A stretch of DNA of 64,000 bases from Centroscyllium fabricii (lineage: Eukaryota). Positions 36,093 through 46,900 of this stretch are shown here, in pieces. Location of the stretch: contig JBNRSN020000004.1 of assembly GCA_051313645.2 (NCBI GenBank), positions 95,046,001-95,110,000 on the forward strand, read 5' to 3'. Made by a program: the position numbers and the translations under genes. The notes under the pieces were generated by a model. The model searched no databases and was not told the origin of the DNA. It was given only the letters and a program-made list of their open reading frames with translations. Numbering within the stretch: position 1 is the stretch's first letter; the number at the start of each line of letters is the position of its first letter.

Positions 36093-38749
36093 GTAGGAAA
36101 CTTTTCTTTAACTTTTTTTAAAAAATTGTGCTTGCCTGTATTGACCAGCAATAGAAGTGAAATTAGGTAGCGAAGTCGCTGCTATATGATTTCCGGTATG
36201 TTTCAGGTTCTTGCTCCTTAATGTGATTGCCTGTCTGTATAGAAGACAATTGAAAGGGGTGCACTTCGGTTGCATTAAATTGAAAATTGGCATCAGACCT
36301 TGTGAAAATGAATAAACTAGGTTGGTTGTGCTTTACAAACTACAAGTGCTGCCTTATAAAGTCCTGTAACATCATTTTGTTGTATATATGTTTTAGGTCT
36401 CATTATAGAGGGGAATGGGAACCGAGGTAGTGGAAAAGAGGGAAGTCATATGCAGCCAGAAATAAATGGTAGAAGGGTGAGAAACAACAGACAAAGGCGA
36501 GAAACACAAAGGGCCAAACTAATTCATAATAAGAGTGTGAAAAAAGCAAGCCTAACGGCTTTGTATCTTAATGCAAGAAGCATTAGGAACAAGGTAGATG
36601 AATTAGCTGTGGAAATAGAGGTAAACAAATATGATTTGATTGGGATTACAGAAACATGGCTGCAAACAGTAATATGGAGGTGGGGAAGGCATAAAAAAGG
36701 AAATTAGAGAAGCGTGCAATAAGGGCACAGCTGTCATCATAGGTGACTTTAATCTACATACAGATTGGACTAGCCAAATTAGTAAAAATACTGAGGAGGA
36801 GGAATTCCTAGAATGTTTACAGGACGGTTACCTGGACCAATATGTTGAGGAACCAACTCGGGATCAGGCCATCTTAGACTGGGTATTGTGCAATGAGAAG
36901 GGACTAATTGGCAATCTTGTTGTACGAGGCCCCTTGGGTCGGAGCGATCATAATATGATCGAATTCTCACTTGAGATGGAGAGTGAAGAAATTGACTAAG
37001 AGACTAAGGTCCTGAATTTAAATAAAGGGAATTATGATGGTATGAGAAGGGAATTAAGTAAGATTGATTGGGCGGTGTTTCTGGGGGGATTGACGGTGGA
37101 TAGACAATGGCAAGCATTCAAAGATAGAATGGAAGAATTACAGGACTTGTTTATACTGGTTTGGCATAAAAATAAACCTAAAAAGGTGACTCAACCGTGG
37201 ATAACAAGGGAAATTAGGGACAACATAAAATCCAAAAAAAGGACATATCAGTTGGCCAAAAAAAGCACTAGACCTGAAGATTGGGAGCAGTTCAGGATAC
37301 AGCAAAGGAGGACAAAGGGATTAATCAGGAGGGGGAAAATAGATTACGAAAGTAAGCTTGCGGCAAACATAAAAACCGACTGCAAAAGCTTTTATAGGTA
37401 TATCAGGAGGAAAAGATTGGTAAAATCCCAAGTCGGTCCCTTGCAGTCCGATTCGGGGGAATATATAATGGGGAATAAGGAAATGGCAGACCAATTAAAT
37501 TCATATTTTGGTTCTGTCTTCACAAAGGAGGACACAAATAACCTCCCTGGGATATCGGGAAACATAGGGACTAATGCAAGGGAGGAGCTGACAGAAATCA
37601 GTATTTCTAAGGATATGGTGTTGGGGAAGTTGAAGGGATTGAAGGCCAACAAATCCCCAGGGCCTGATAATCCACATCCTAGGCTATTTAAGGAGGTGGC
37701 CCTGGAGATAGTAGATGCTTTAAGGATCATTTTCCGGAACTCGATAGACTCGGGAACAGTACCCATGGATTGGAGGGTAGCTAATGTTACCCCACTATTT
37801 AAAAAGGGGAGTAGAGAAAAAGCAGGGAATTATAGACCAGTAAGCCTTACATCAGTAGTGGGCAAAATGCTAGAGTCCATTATTAAGGATGTAATAGCGG
37901 AGCACTTGACAAATAGGGACGGGATCGGACAGGTAAATCGTGCTTGACTAATCTATTGGAATTCTTTGAGGAAGTAACTGGTAAAATAGATGGGGGAGAG
38001 CCAGTAGATGTGGTGTACCTTGACTTCCAGAAAGCCTTCGATAAGGTCCCACATAAAAGATCAGCATGCAAAATTAAGGCTCATGGGATTGGGGGCAAAG
38101 TATTGATGTGGATAGAGAACTGGCTGGCAGATAGAAAACAGAGAGTTGGAATAAACGGATCGTTTTCTGAGTGGCAGGCGGTGACTAGTGGGGTGCCGCA
38201 GGGATCTGTCCTGGGACCCCAGCTGTTCACAATATATATTAATGATCTGGACTAGGGAATTGGGTGCAACAGCTCCAAATTTGCAGACGACACTAAACTA
38301 GGAGGGTGGGTGGGCTCTGAAGATGATGTCAGGAAGCTCCAGTGCGATTTGGACAAGTTGGGGGAATCGGCAGATACATGGCAAATGCACTAAATGTGGA
38401 TAAATGTGAGGTTATCCACTTTGGGGACAAAAACAGGAGGGCAGATTATTATTTAAATAGCAATAGATTGGGAGATGGGGAAGTGCAGAAAGACCTGGGT
38501 GGTCTTGTGCACCAGTCACTGAGGGCGAGCATGCAGGTGCAACAGGCAGTTAAGAAGGCAAATGGTATGTTGGCCTTCATATCAAGAGGGTTCGAGTATA
38601 GGAATAAGGATACCTTACTACAGTTGTACAAGGCACTGGTGAGACCACACCTTGAGTATTGTGTACAGTTTTGGTCGCCTCATCTGAGGAAGGATGTTCT
38701 TGCCATGGAAGGAGTGCAGCGGCGATTCACCAGGATGGTACCTGGAATG

Positions 38750-40447
38750 TGTAAGGAGCGTGCGCCGTATATTTTATGTACGACTTGGGGTCCGTTACTG
38801 CCTTGCGCTAGCAGTCCGCTAGGCCTCGCGCAATAACCTCCTCCCCCGCGAGCGGTTCGAATCGCTCACCCTTACGGTTCTAGACGTTGGACTTAGGTGC
38901 AGGAAGAGAGAGAGAGACGAGATGGATACCGATTGGACTCAGATTTAGACTCGAATAAAAGTTTGCAAAGTTGGAAGATTTTATTACACCACAGGATATA
39001 TTTACAGCAGTTAGGTTGTATTTCATCGGAACGACACAATATGATACACCAACAATTGTTTCCCAAACAGATATATATATATATATGTACATACACAGGC
39101 AACTTATAGGATGGGGAACGCACGGCACATCGTAAATCGGGGCAATGACTCTACAAATACACCCCAAATAAACCACCCTTCCCTCTATTGCCTAGCTATG
39201 TCCAGGTGTGTAGGATCGAGGCACATGCTCACCACTCGGTAATACTCGGGGTCTGCTACGAAGTTCCTCGTTTCCTCGGCTGCAGCGTCGGTCGTCACGT
39301 GGCTGTGGAAGATTCGGGAGTCCACTTGTTGTCTTCTCCCTTTGGGCGGCGGTCGCTCCTGCTCGGGCTGGTCCCGGACGGGTTCCTCGAGGCTGCTCTA
39401 TCTCCTCGCACCAACCGCACCGTCTCCCTGGCTGAACCGGACCCTGGGATATGCCGATCCTGCCCTCTCAAGCCGAACTGTAACGGGCTGCTAGCCTACT
39501 TGCTTTCCCACTCTTCGAACGCTAGCTTAATCGCCGTGTTCAACAAGATGCTACTAATGGGGCCCAACAACCAACTACCTCACCAGCAATGGTTTTCCGA
39601 TGCGATACTGCCCTGACCCAACTCTGCTGTCCTGCCAGAGCCTGCACCCTGCTTGCCCTGCACCCAGAAAGCTGAACTGGAGTCTTCGAAACAGAGAGCC
39701 CACCCAAAGTCACTGCTAAAGCTCAAAAGTTCTTATCCGAGACCTCACCGCTTCAAGAGGTCGATTCCACGAGTCGAGAGAGAGAAATCCAAGAGCCTTC
39801 TCCAAGAGCTCTTTCCTTGAGAAGAGTTTCCACCAGAGAGATTTTCAAGAGAGCCCTCTCCAGAGAGCCCACAGAAGAAGAGAGAGCGAACTGTAGAAAT
39901 GTCCTGCCAGTTATACTGTGAAGCTAATGTCTTTCCCATTAGGCAGGTATTGTGTTTTGAAAAATGGTTACTGCATTCCTTTGTCCAGCCAAGCCTGCTG
40001 GTAATGGTTTGATGGCACCCTAACCTCTCCGTTAGAGCCCCCATTGTTTTTGCAAGGGTGCTAATCGCTTTAATGCGGGCTTGCTGTGTAAATCTTGTGT
40101 CTGGCTAAACGGCCAGTAATTTCAATATTTGCAGCTTTATCGGGTGCTTATTTAACTGGGTGCATTTCTTTGTGGGGCTAAGTGGTTTCTGAGGGGCTGG
40201 CTACTTATTTACAGGTTTAACAGCGCCTTCATGTCTGGCTTCTTCGCGGGCTTTTTCCGAATTGGGTTTTGGTTTCGTTTTACACTATGCCATGTGGTCC
40301 GGCGGCCATCTTGGAGGCCCCTTTTTTCTCTGATCAGGCCGCAGCCTGTCCTGTCTGCCATTGTACAATAAAAGAAACATGTATACTCCATCCCTTCGTT
40401 TCTGGTCTTTGTAAATCCGTTTTGACTTGGAATATTGCGACCTTACA
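38750..40447 (-). repeat. 3' LTR (1698 bp)
   Basis: Direct repeat of 46901-48596; by eye about 5 substitutions and a 2-bp (TA)n difference. Confidence 0.95.
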
Positions 40448-41335
40448 GTCCCTCCTGTTGATTAGCATAACCCCGCTTAGCGAATCAATTAATAAAGGTT
40501 GAGCAAGATTCCCGATTCTCCACACCTCAACTCTCCTGGTTACCTAAATTAACTCTTGCCCCATGACACATGCGGTTCCCATTCCCTTTGATCAACCTCG
40601 CATTGCCTTTACTCTGGGCAACGTATATTTACACAACCATGTATATTTACACAACCATTCCTTACACCTCCTGGTTCCTTCCACGTCTGCCAGGCCGATG
40701 CCTTCGTCTCCACCTGTTCATATCATTTATTATCTGACAGAGACATCACACAACCATCCGGAAAATATAAAGCACACATATCTCCCCTCATCAATCCCCC
40801 CATTTGTCCCAAAGTTTTTACAGTGTTCTGGCGGTCTTCCGCAGCCACCACCATCGGCTCGCTGGGATCTTCCTATCCCTCAACGAAAGTAAGTCCTTCT
40901 ACCGATGATAGCGCCGGTCCTGGGTGCGATGGTCTCGATCCGGGGCACAGAAAACCAAGTCTCTCCACAAGCAGATGCCGACGTGCTGGGATGCTCCATT
41001 GGGTCCGTTCCCAGCCGTCCTGGGCGTCTGCCCCTTACTCCCCGGTGTGGCCCCGACAGGCCAGTCCATCTCTGATGACCGCAAGCGTCATCAGAATCCC
41101 CGCCTCTCTGGGTTCTGTAATTAAACAAAGGGGTTGCCGGCCTCCCAAGAGCGCCTGGCTGTGGTGAGATGTGCACGCCTCCTGGACAGATCCCATATTA
41201 CCTAAACATTCCCCTTCACCTTTATGCTAAACGTCACACCTTTAACAAAATTCAGAAATTAATTCGGGCTACTCCCTTGACACTACCAAACTTATTTCTC
41301 ATTATATACAGTGCCGCCTCTCCCGGGCGGCCTAC

Positions 41336-44300
41336 CTATCCCCTGTCAGGGTCGTAGTGGGCCGCTCCCCGTGGCGGTGCATTGCTGACCCTTCCCTTTG
41401 GTTCCCCGCAGCCTGTCGCTGCTTTTGATTCTCCGCAGCCTGGCGCTGCTTGTCGGGGGTGGATAATTATCCTTTTGCGGGGGCTTTTCCTGTACCTGAG
41501 GGCATATGACGGTTCTGGCCAAGCTTTCCTGGGCGGGGGTACCCTTTCCGATCGACGGACGGTGCCTTTAGGTACTGCTCCCTGGGCCGACGAACTGAGG
41601 ACCGAGCCAGGTTGTGCTGCAGCCTGTGACTCCCTCACAGCTGCCAGCACCAACCCCTCTCCCTCCAGCTTCGCTTCCCTGGGACCGAGAGCCCCCTGGG
41701 CCGACGACCTGAGGACCGGGCTAGGCCGTGCTACAGCCTGTGACCCCGTCACATCTGTCAGCATCGACGCTCCCTCCTCTCGCCTCGTCGACGAACTGAA
41801 GGCCGGGCCGGATCGTGCTGCAGCCTGTGACTCCTTCACAGCTGCCAGCACCGACCCTCCCTCCTCCAGCTTCGCTTCCCCGGGACTGGGATCTCTTGCG
41901 GCTTCTGACCTCACCTCACCTATCTCCTCAGGTGGTGAGTCTCCGCCCGCTATCCCTACCTCTTCGGCATTCGAGTTGAGAACGGAACCCCCGTCCTCCG
42001 ACCCCTCCTCCTCCTCCTCCGTGATCGACTCTAGCACTGGGTCGCGTAGGTCAATCAGGTCCAACCCTTGGTCGGGTTGGCCAATCGGGTCCAACACTTG
42101 GTCGTGTTGGTCCATCGGATCCAACACCTGGTCGTGTTGGTCCGGCTCCTCCCCATCTGAATCCCACACAGCACGAGAGACCCTCCTCTCCTCCATCGGG
42201 GCCTCTCCTTTCACGCAGGCTACTTTACCTGCCTGCGTGACCTGTGGTCCTGCACTTGGCTGGGCGTTCCTACTCACAGGGCTTGCCCCTGTGGTCGACC
42301 CCTGCGTGCCCGACTTATACCTTTTGCACTGGAGAAATTCCCTCCTGTGCTGCTGCGGCACAACCCACTGTTCCTCCCTGAACAACATTCCTTCCTTAAC
42401 GGAGAGGGTCGCCCTATTGTATGGGCCCTCTACCTGCTTGTCCTCACTAATAGCTTTGAGGACAGCTTTTAAAACGGGATCCTGGTTTTGGACCGTTTCG
42501 AGATCCAAAGGCAGGGGAACCCTTGGGCGGTTCCCCTCCTTATCCCGGATCGCTGCCACGGGTCCGGACCCGTAGGGGTCCCAGAAAGTGCCTTCCCGAG
42601 CACCCTCCTTGGCCAGCGCATCCGCCCGCTGATTGCCTCCCCCACGTGGTTCCGTGGAAGAGTGAGCCTTCACCTTGTGGATGAAGATCTCCCCTTCCTC
42701 CCCTACTGCCGCTAGGATCTTCTCCAAAATGGGCTTTATCGTTAATGGCCGCCCGTCCGCGGAAGTGTACCCGCGACGTGACCATATGGCCAGATACTCC
42801 GTGCACGAGTTGCACGTAAACATACTATCGGAGCAAATTGTGTACGGGGTTGGGAAGGTCTCGGGGTGGGTTACCACGTACGCCACCGCCGACAGCTCGG
42901 CCTGCTGCGCGCTCATGGTGCGGGGAAGCTTAACCGCCAAGGCAATGTCTGCCGTAGGGTCAAAAATCCCGCAGCCCGTGAGTCGTTCGCCAGCCACCAC
43001 CATGCTGGAACCATCAACATAGATCTCGCGGCCCGTGGGATGTATCCCGGCTCGCAGACCTATGTTCACCTCCCATACCCCCTCCACGGAACACCGATGG
43101 GCCGTTCCGGGGTACATCAAATTTGCTGCGAGCTTAGGCTCGCACAAACCCTCCACCTTTAAATCCATTTGGGACAAAAGAAGAGTCCAGCGCGCAATTC
43201 TCGCGCTGCTCACGGTCCCATCCTTTATCCTCCCATCCAGAAGCATCCTGGTGGGCGTGTGGTGGGTGAGGAGAGTAATGGGAGAGGTTCCCGTGAAGAT
43301 TAATGATCTCTTCACGGCCCAATGCGTGGCTAAAAGATGCCGTTCGCAGTTGGAGAACCCCCTCTCCACCTCCGTGAGTACCCTTGAGGAATACACCACC
43401 GGTCGCAGCTTGCCGTGCCGCTCTTGGAGCAGCACCGCGCTCAAGCTGTCCTCGCCGGCTGCTACCTCCAGGGAAAACTCCTTCCCCCCCCTCTATGGCC
43501 CCCAGGGCTGGCGCGGTTTGCAAGTCCCTCTTCAACTTTTCAAACGCCGCCTGGCAACCCTCATCCCATGACCACCCAACTCCCTTATGTAAGAGTCGGA
43601 GCAGCGGAGCTGCTGTGGCTGCATAGTCCTCAATGAAGTCTCTGCAATACCCGGTCAATCCCAAAAAGGACCTCACACCCTTTACGGTGGTCAGGATCGG
43701 TAGCTCCTGTACCGACTCCCTCCTGGCCTTATCTATGGCCCTTTCCCCCGCGCGGATGGTCAGACCCAGAAACTTTACTTCTGTCTGGCCAATCCGTGCC
43801 TTCTTCGGGTTTATTTTAAAACCCTTCCTAGCCAGTAATTCCAGCAGCTCGCCTAGCAATGGCAAGTGCTCATCCCTCGTGTCCGTGAACAGGAGTAAGT
43901 CGTCCACATACTGCACTATCTGATTGGGCTGACTAAACTCCTTTAAACTCCCTGCCATACACTGGTGGAAAATACTGGGGCTGTTGTGGAAGCCTTGCGG
44001 CAAACAATTCCACGTGTACTGCTGCCCTTTAAACGTAAAGGCAAACTTGTACTGATCCTCCCTCCGCAGCGGGATGGACCAAAACCCGTTGGAAATATCC
44101 AACACCGTAAACACCGTGGCGGAAGCGGGAATACTCCCGATCAGGTCGGCAACTGCTGCCACCGTGGGCGCGCAGGCGGGGATGTTACTGTTGAGGACCC
44201 GATAATCCACCGTGGCTCTCCATGAGTTGTCTGGCTTCCGTACGGGCCACAACGGAGAGTTCACATGGGTGGCTATCGGCCTCAACACGCCCTGCCGCAC

Positions 44301-44975
44301 CAGTGAAGACATCGCTGTCTCCAGATCGGACTCCGCTTCCTTCGGGAAGTTATACTGTTTCTGGGGTCGGGACATGGGATCCCCCTGTACGCTAACCTCA
44401 AACCCTAAGACCCTCCCGCAATCGTGCTTGTGGGTCGCAAAGGCGTTTATATTCCACGTTACGGCCGCCTGCATGTCGGCCGGAACCCCCTTGGACAAAC
44501 TTTCGAGGTCGTAACCTCCGGACGGCTTCATGGTGCATAGGGTCCCCTTTTCTTCTTCCTCCCCTATGACCACAACTTCACCTCTTCCACTTTCGGCTGC
44601 CCATAAACAGTGGTTCCTTAAGTCGATCATGATCCCGTGTGCTCCCAGAAAATCTGCTCCTACTATACCTCTGCCACCTCCTTCTTCCCATTTCAGTAGG
44701 ATGCACTCCCAAGTGGTGTGGAGCGCTCCTAACTGAATGGAGAGTGGCCTAGAGCGCGCGCCCCCCTGTTCCTTGCCCGTAAACCCTGCTAATGCAAAAG
44801 GGACTCCGGTGGACATTGGGGAATTAAACGGCTTCTCTGTGTGGATCACGGTGCATGAGGCCCCCGTATCCAACAGATAATTCCCCTCCTGTCTCTCCAC
44901 CTCCATTTCCACCAGAGGTCTCCTCCATGCATCATAACGGAGCGGACACAGGTAAATGGACAGCGCGGGTCTTAG
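41336..44975 (-). pseudogene. pol: Retroviral-type pol: protease, RT, tether, RNase H, deleted integrase and a repetitive C-terminal tail
   Basis: LLDTGA; LDISNGFW, LPQGFHNSP, YVDD; IYVDGS, SAQQAEL, SDS, KVKAHS, GNQRADALAK. One frameshift in the homopolymer at 43484-43491. Confidence 0.9.
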
Positions 44976-46898
44976 TCATTGGGTTTCCACGTGAGGGGCT
45001 GCGGTGCCTGCGGAACCGGTGGCCACCGCTGCCTTCCCCTGGGAAGCCATATACAACTTCATGGCCCCCAGCGTGGACTCTATCGTTTCGGGACTTAAAG
45101 TCGCCCCGGCACCTCCTGTGGGAGCGGGTGCTCGGGTTGGGGCTACCTTCCCCTGGGAAGTCATATAAAACTTCATGGCTTCCAGCATGGACTCAATTGT
45201 TTCGGGACTTAGAGTGGCGCCGGCACCTCCTGTGGGAGTGGGTGCTCGGGCTGGGGCTGCGGGAGCTCTTTCCTTGACCTCCCTCCACGGGGCTCTACAG
45301 TCTCTGCGCCAGTGGCCTGCCTTCCCGCATCTATGACATGTAGACTGCCCCGGGTTGCCCCCCTCCTGATACCACTCTCTCTGCGCTGGGGCGTCTGCGT
45401 TAGTCGCATACACCTTCCCCTTATCGCAGTGCATCACCGAACTCCTCGTGTTTTTGTACCCAACCGTGAGTCGGTTGAGGACCGTCTCCTCTGTGGTTTG
45501 AGCATCGGTGGGGTCAAACCACACCTTAGCCTGCTCTCTAACGGCGGGTAGGCTGTTGGCAACGATACACCGGAGCCACTGGGCTCTCCCGGCATCGCGC
45601 AAAACAGCCCGTGCAGGTACATCTGGGCAGCTGCGCTGATACACAGGCCACAGCCTCCCGGCGAAAACCCGTGGGGGTTCTCCCTCCATCTGCACGGTCC
45701 TACCCAGCCTTACAAACGGACCTTCATCGTCCATTCCCAGCACTTCTAAGACCTCGTCCCGTAGGTCGTCATAGCCCTTATCCCCCCTCTTGCTCTCGTC
45801 GGAGAGACACTGAAGGATAGAGCTATCTAAGGAGAAAAGCAACATCCTGGCTTGCTCCCCTTCGTCACAGCCATTTACCGCTGCGGCCTGTTCGACCTCT
45901 CTAAAATGCAGGGACGGATCGCCTGCTGCGGACAGCTTCCTGAAATGCCCTATCATGCTCCTTATCTGTTGCGAGCTATGGGGCACTATGACCTCATTCA
46001 AGATGGGCCCGGGATCCCCAGCCGCAGTGTCGGGACCCCGCCTCGTCTCTCGAACCGGACACATGGGTGCCGGGTCTGGATTCCCCATTTTGGGAACCTT
46101 CGCCGCCACCTCCTCTCTGTCCCCTTTCTCCCATGCTTGCGTATAGTGGGGTGATCGCGCGGGGAGCGCGGGGGCTGGTGCCTCCGGCGCCCTCCTCCTT
46201 AGCTTTGGCTTCGGGGGTCCCTGAGCTACTTGTACCTCGCCCACCGATGGGTCGATGAGGCACACCAGGCCATTTGACCTGTTCAGGGCCTCCCTGAGGT
46301 CCTGAATCTCCTTTAAACAAGCGCCATGATCGGCGTCCTCATATTTGGTCTCAAGGGACATTTTGTACGCTGCCCTCATCCCCAGTAAATCCTCCTCCTG
46401 TGCCTTCAATTGGCCACTTAGGCGGACGCACCTTTCCCTGAGCTTCCCTTCACTTGACATGGCCTCTACTACTTGTCTTTCTAGGAGCTCAACCCTGGCC
46501 TCATGGCGGTTGGTCTTCACCTGGCGCTCATTATTCAGAGCCTCTAGCGCGGTAATTAACCGCTGCCCCCCTGAGACCTTTTCCTTCACTTCTAGGACTA
46601 ACCCCTTGATCTGCGCGGTCTGCGCCGCAATCACCTGGTCCGAAAGCTGGACCTGCTTTTTATAGCACATTAGCCATACTGCTTTTTCTACTGCTTTCTT
46701 ATGCCCCTTGCTACCCGTCCAACGGATAGCTGCATCCAGTGGACGTTTGTCTGCCAACAGGTCCCCAATCCACTGCTTTGTTAAGTTCACCTTACTGAAC
46801 ACATAATCAGCAATCCTTTCCTCCATTACGCTCCTTTTATTCAAGGCTGAGTCCAATATATCTCTCTCCTGCTGCCAACGTCCTGCCGCGGTCGCCAT
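44976..46898 (-). CDS. gag: Gag polyprotein, 640 aa, open
   Basis: Follows the PBS. Coiled-coil-like N-terminus, proline-rich linker, capsid-like helical region, CCHC knuckle CHRCGKAGHWRRDC and a duplicated 38-aa C-terminal unit. Confidence 0.85.
   Translation of the reverse strand: MATAAGRWQQERDILDSALNKRSVMEERIADYVFSKVNLTKQWIGDLLADKRPLDAAIRWTGSKGHKKAVEKAVWLMCYKKQVQLSDQVIAAQTAQIKGLVLEVKEKVSGGQRLITALEALNNERQVKTNRHEARVELLERQVVEAMSSEGKLRERCVRLSGQLKAQEEDLLGMRAAYKMSLETKYEDADHGACLKEIQDLREALNRSNGLVCLIDPSVGEVQVAQGPPKPKLRRRAPEAPAPALPARSPHYTQAWEKGDREEVAAKVPKMGNPDPAPMCPVRETRRGPDTAAGDPGPILNEVIVPHSSQQIRSMIGHFRKLSAAGDPSLHFREVEQAAAVNGCDEGEQARMLLFSLDSSILQCLSDESKRGDKGYDDLRDEVLEVLGMDDEGPFVRLGRTVQMEGEPPRVFAGRLWPVYQRSCPDVPARAVLRDAGRAQWLRCIVANSLPAVREQAKVWFDPTDAQTTEETVLNRLTVGYKNTRSSVMHCDKGKVYATNADAPAQREWYQEGGNPGQSTCHRCGKAGHWRRDCRAPWREVKERAPAAPARAPTPTGGAGATLSPETIESMLEAMKFYMTSQGKVAPTRAPAPTGGAGATLSPETIESTLGAMKLYMASQGKAAVATGSAGTAAPHVETQ
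46880..46897 (-). promoter_or_regulatory. Primer binding site, tRNA-Arg
   Basis: TGGCGACCGCGGCAGGAC is complementary to the 3' end GTCCTGCCGCGGTCG-CCA of a vertebrate tRNA-Arg as recalled. It starts 3 nt after the 5' LTR. Confidence 0.85.
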
Positions 46899-46900
46899 TC

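Noticed and set aside
40448-41335. env gene
   Set aside because: Only short ORFs (under 100 aa on the element strand), with no evident signal peptide, fusion peptide or transmembrane segment.
41382-42575. 397-aa + strand ORF and similar antisense ORFs over pol and CR1 ORF2
   Set aside because: Shadow frames of GC-rich or repetitive coding sequence on the opposite strand, with no recognisable motifs.
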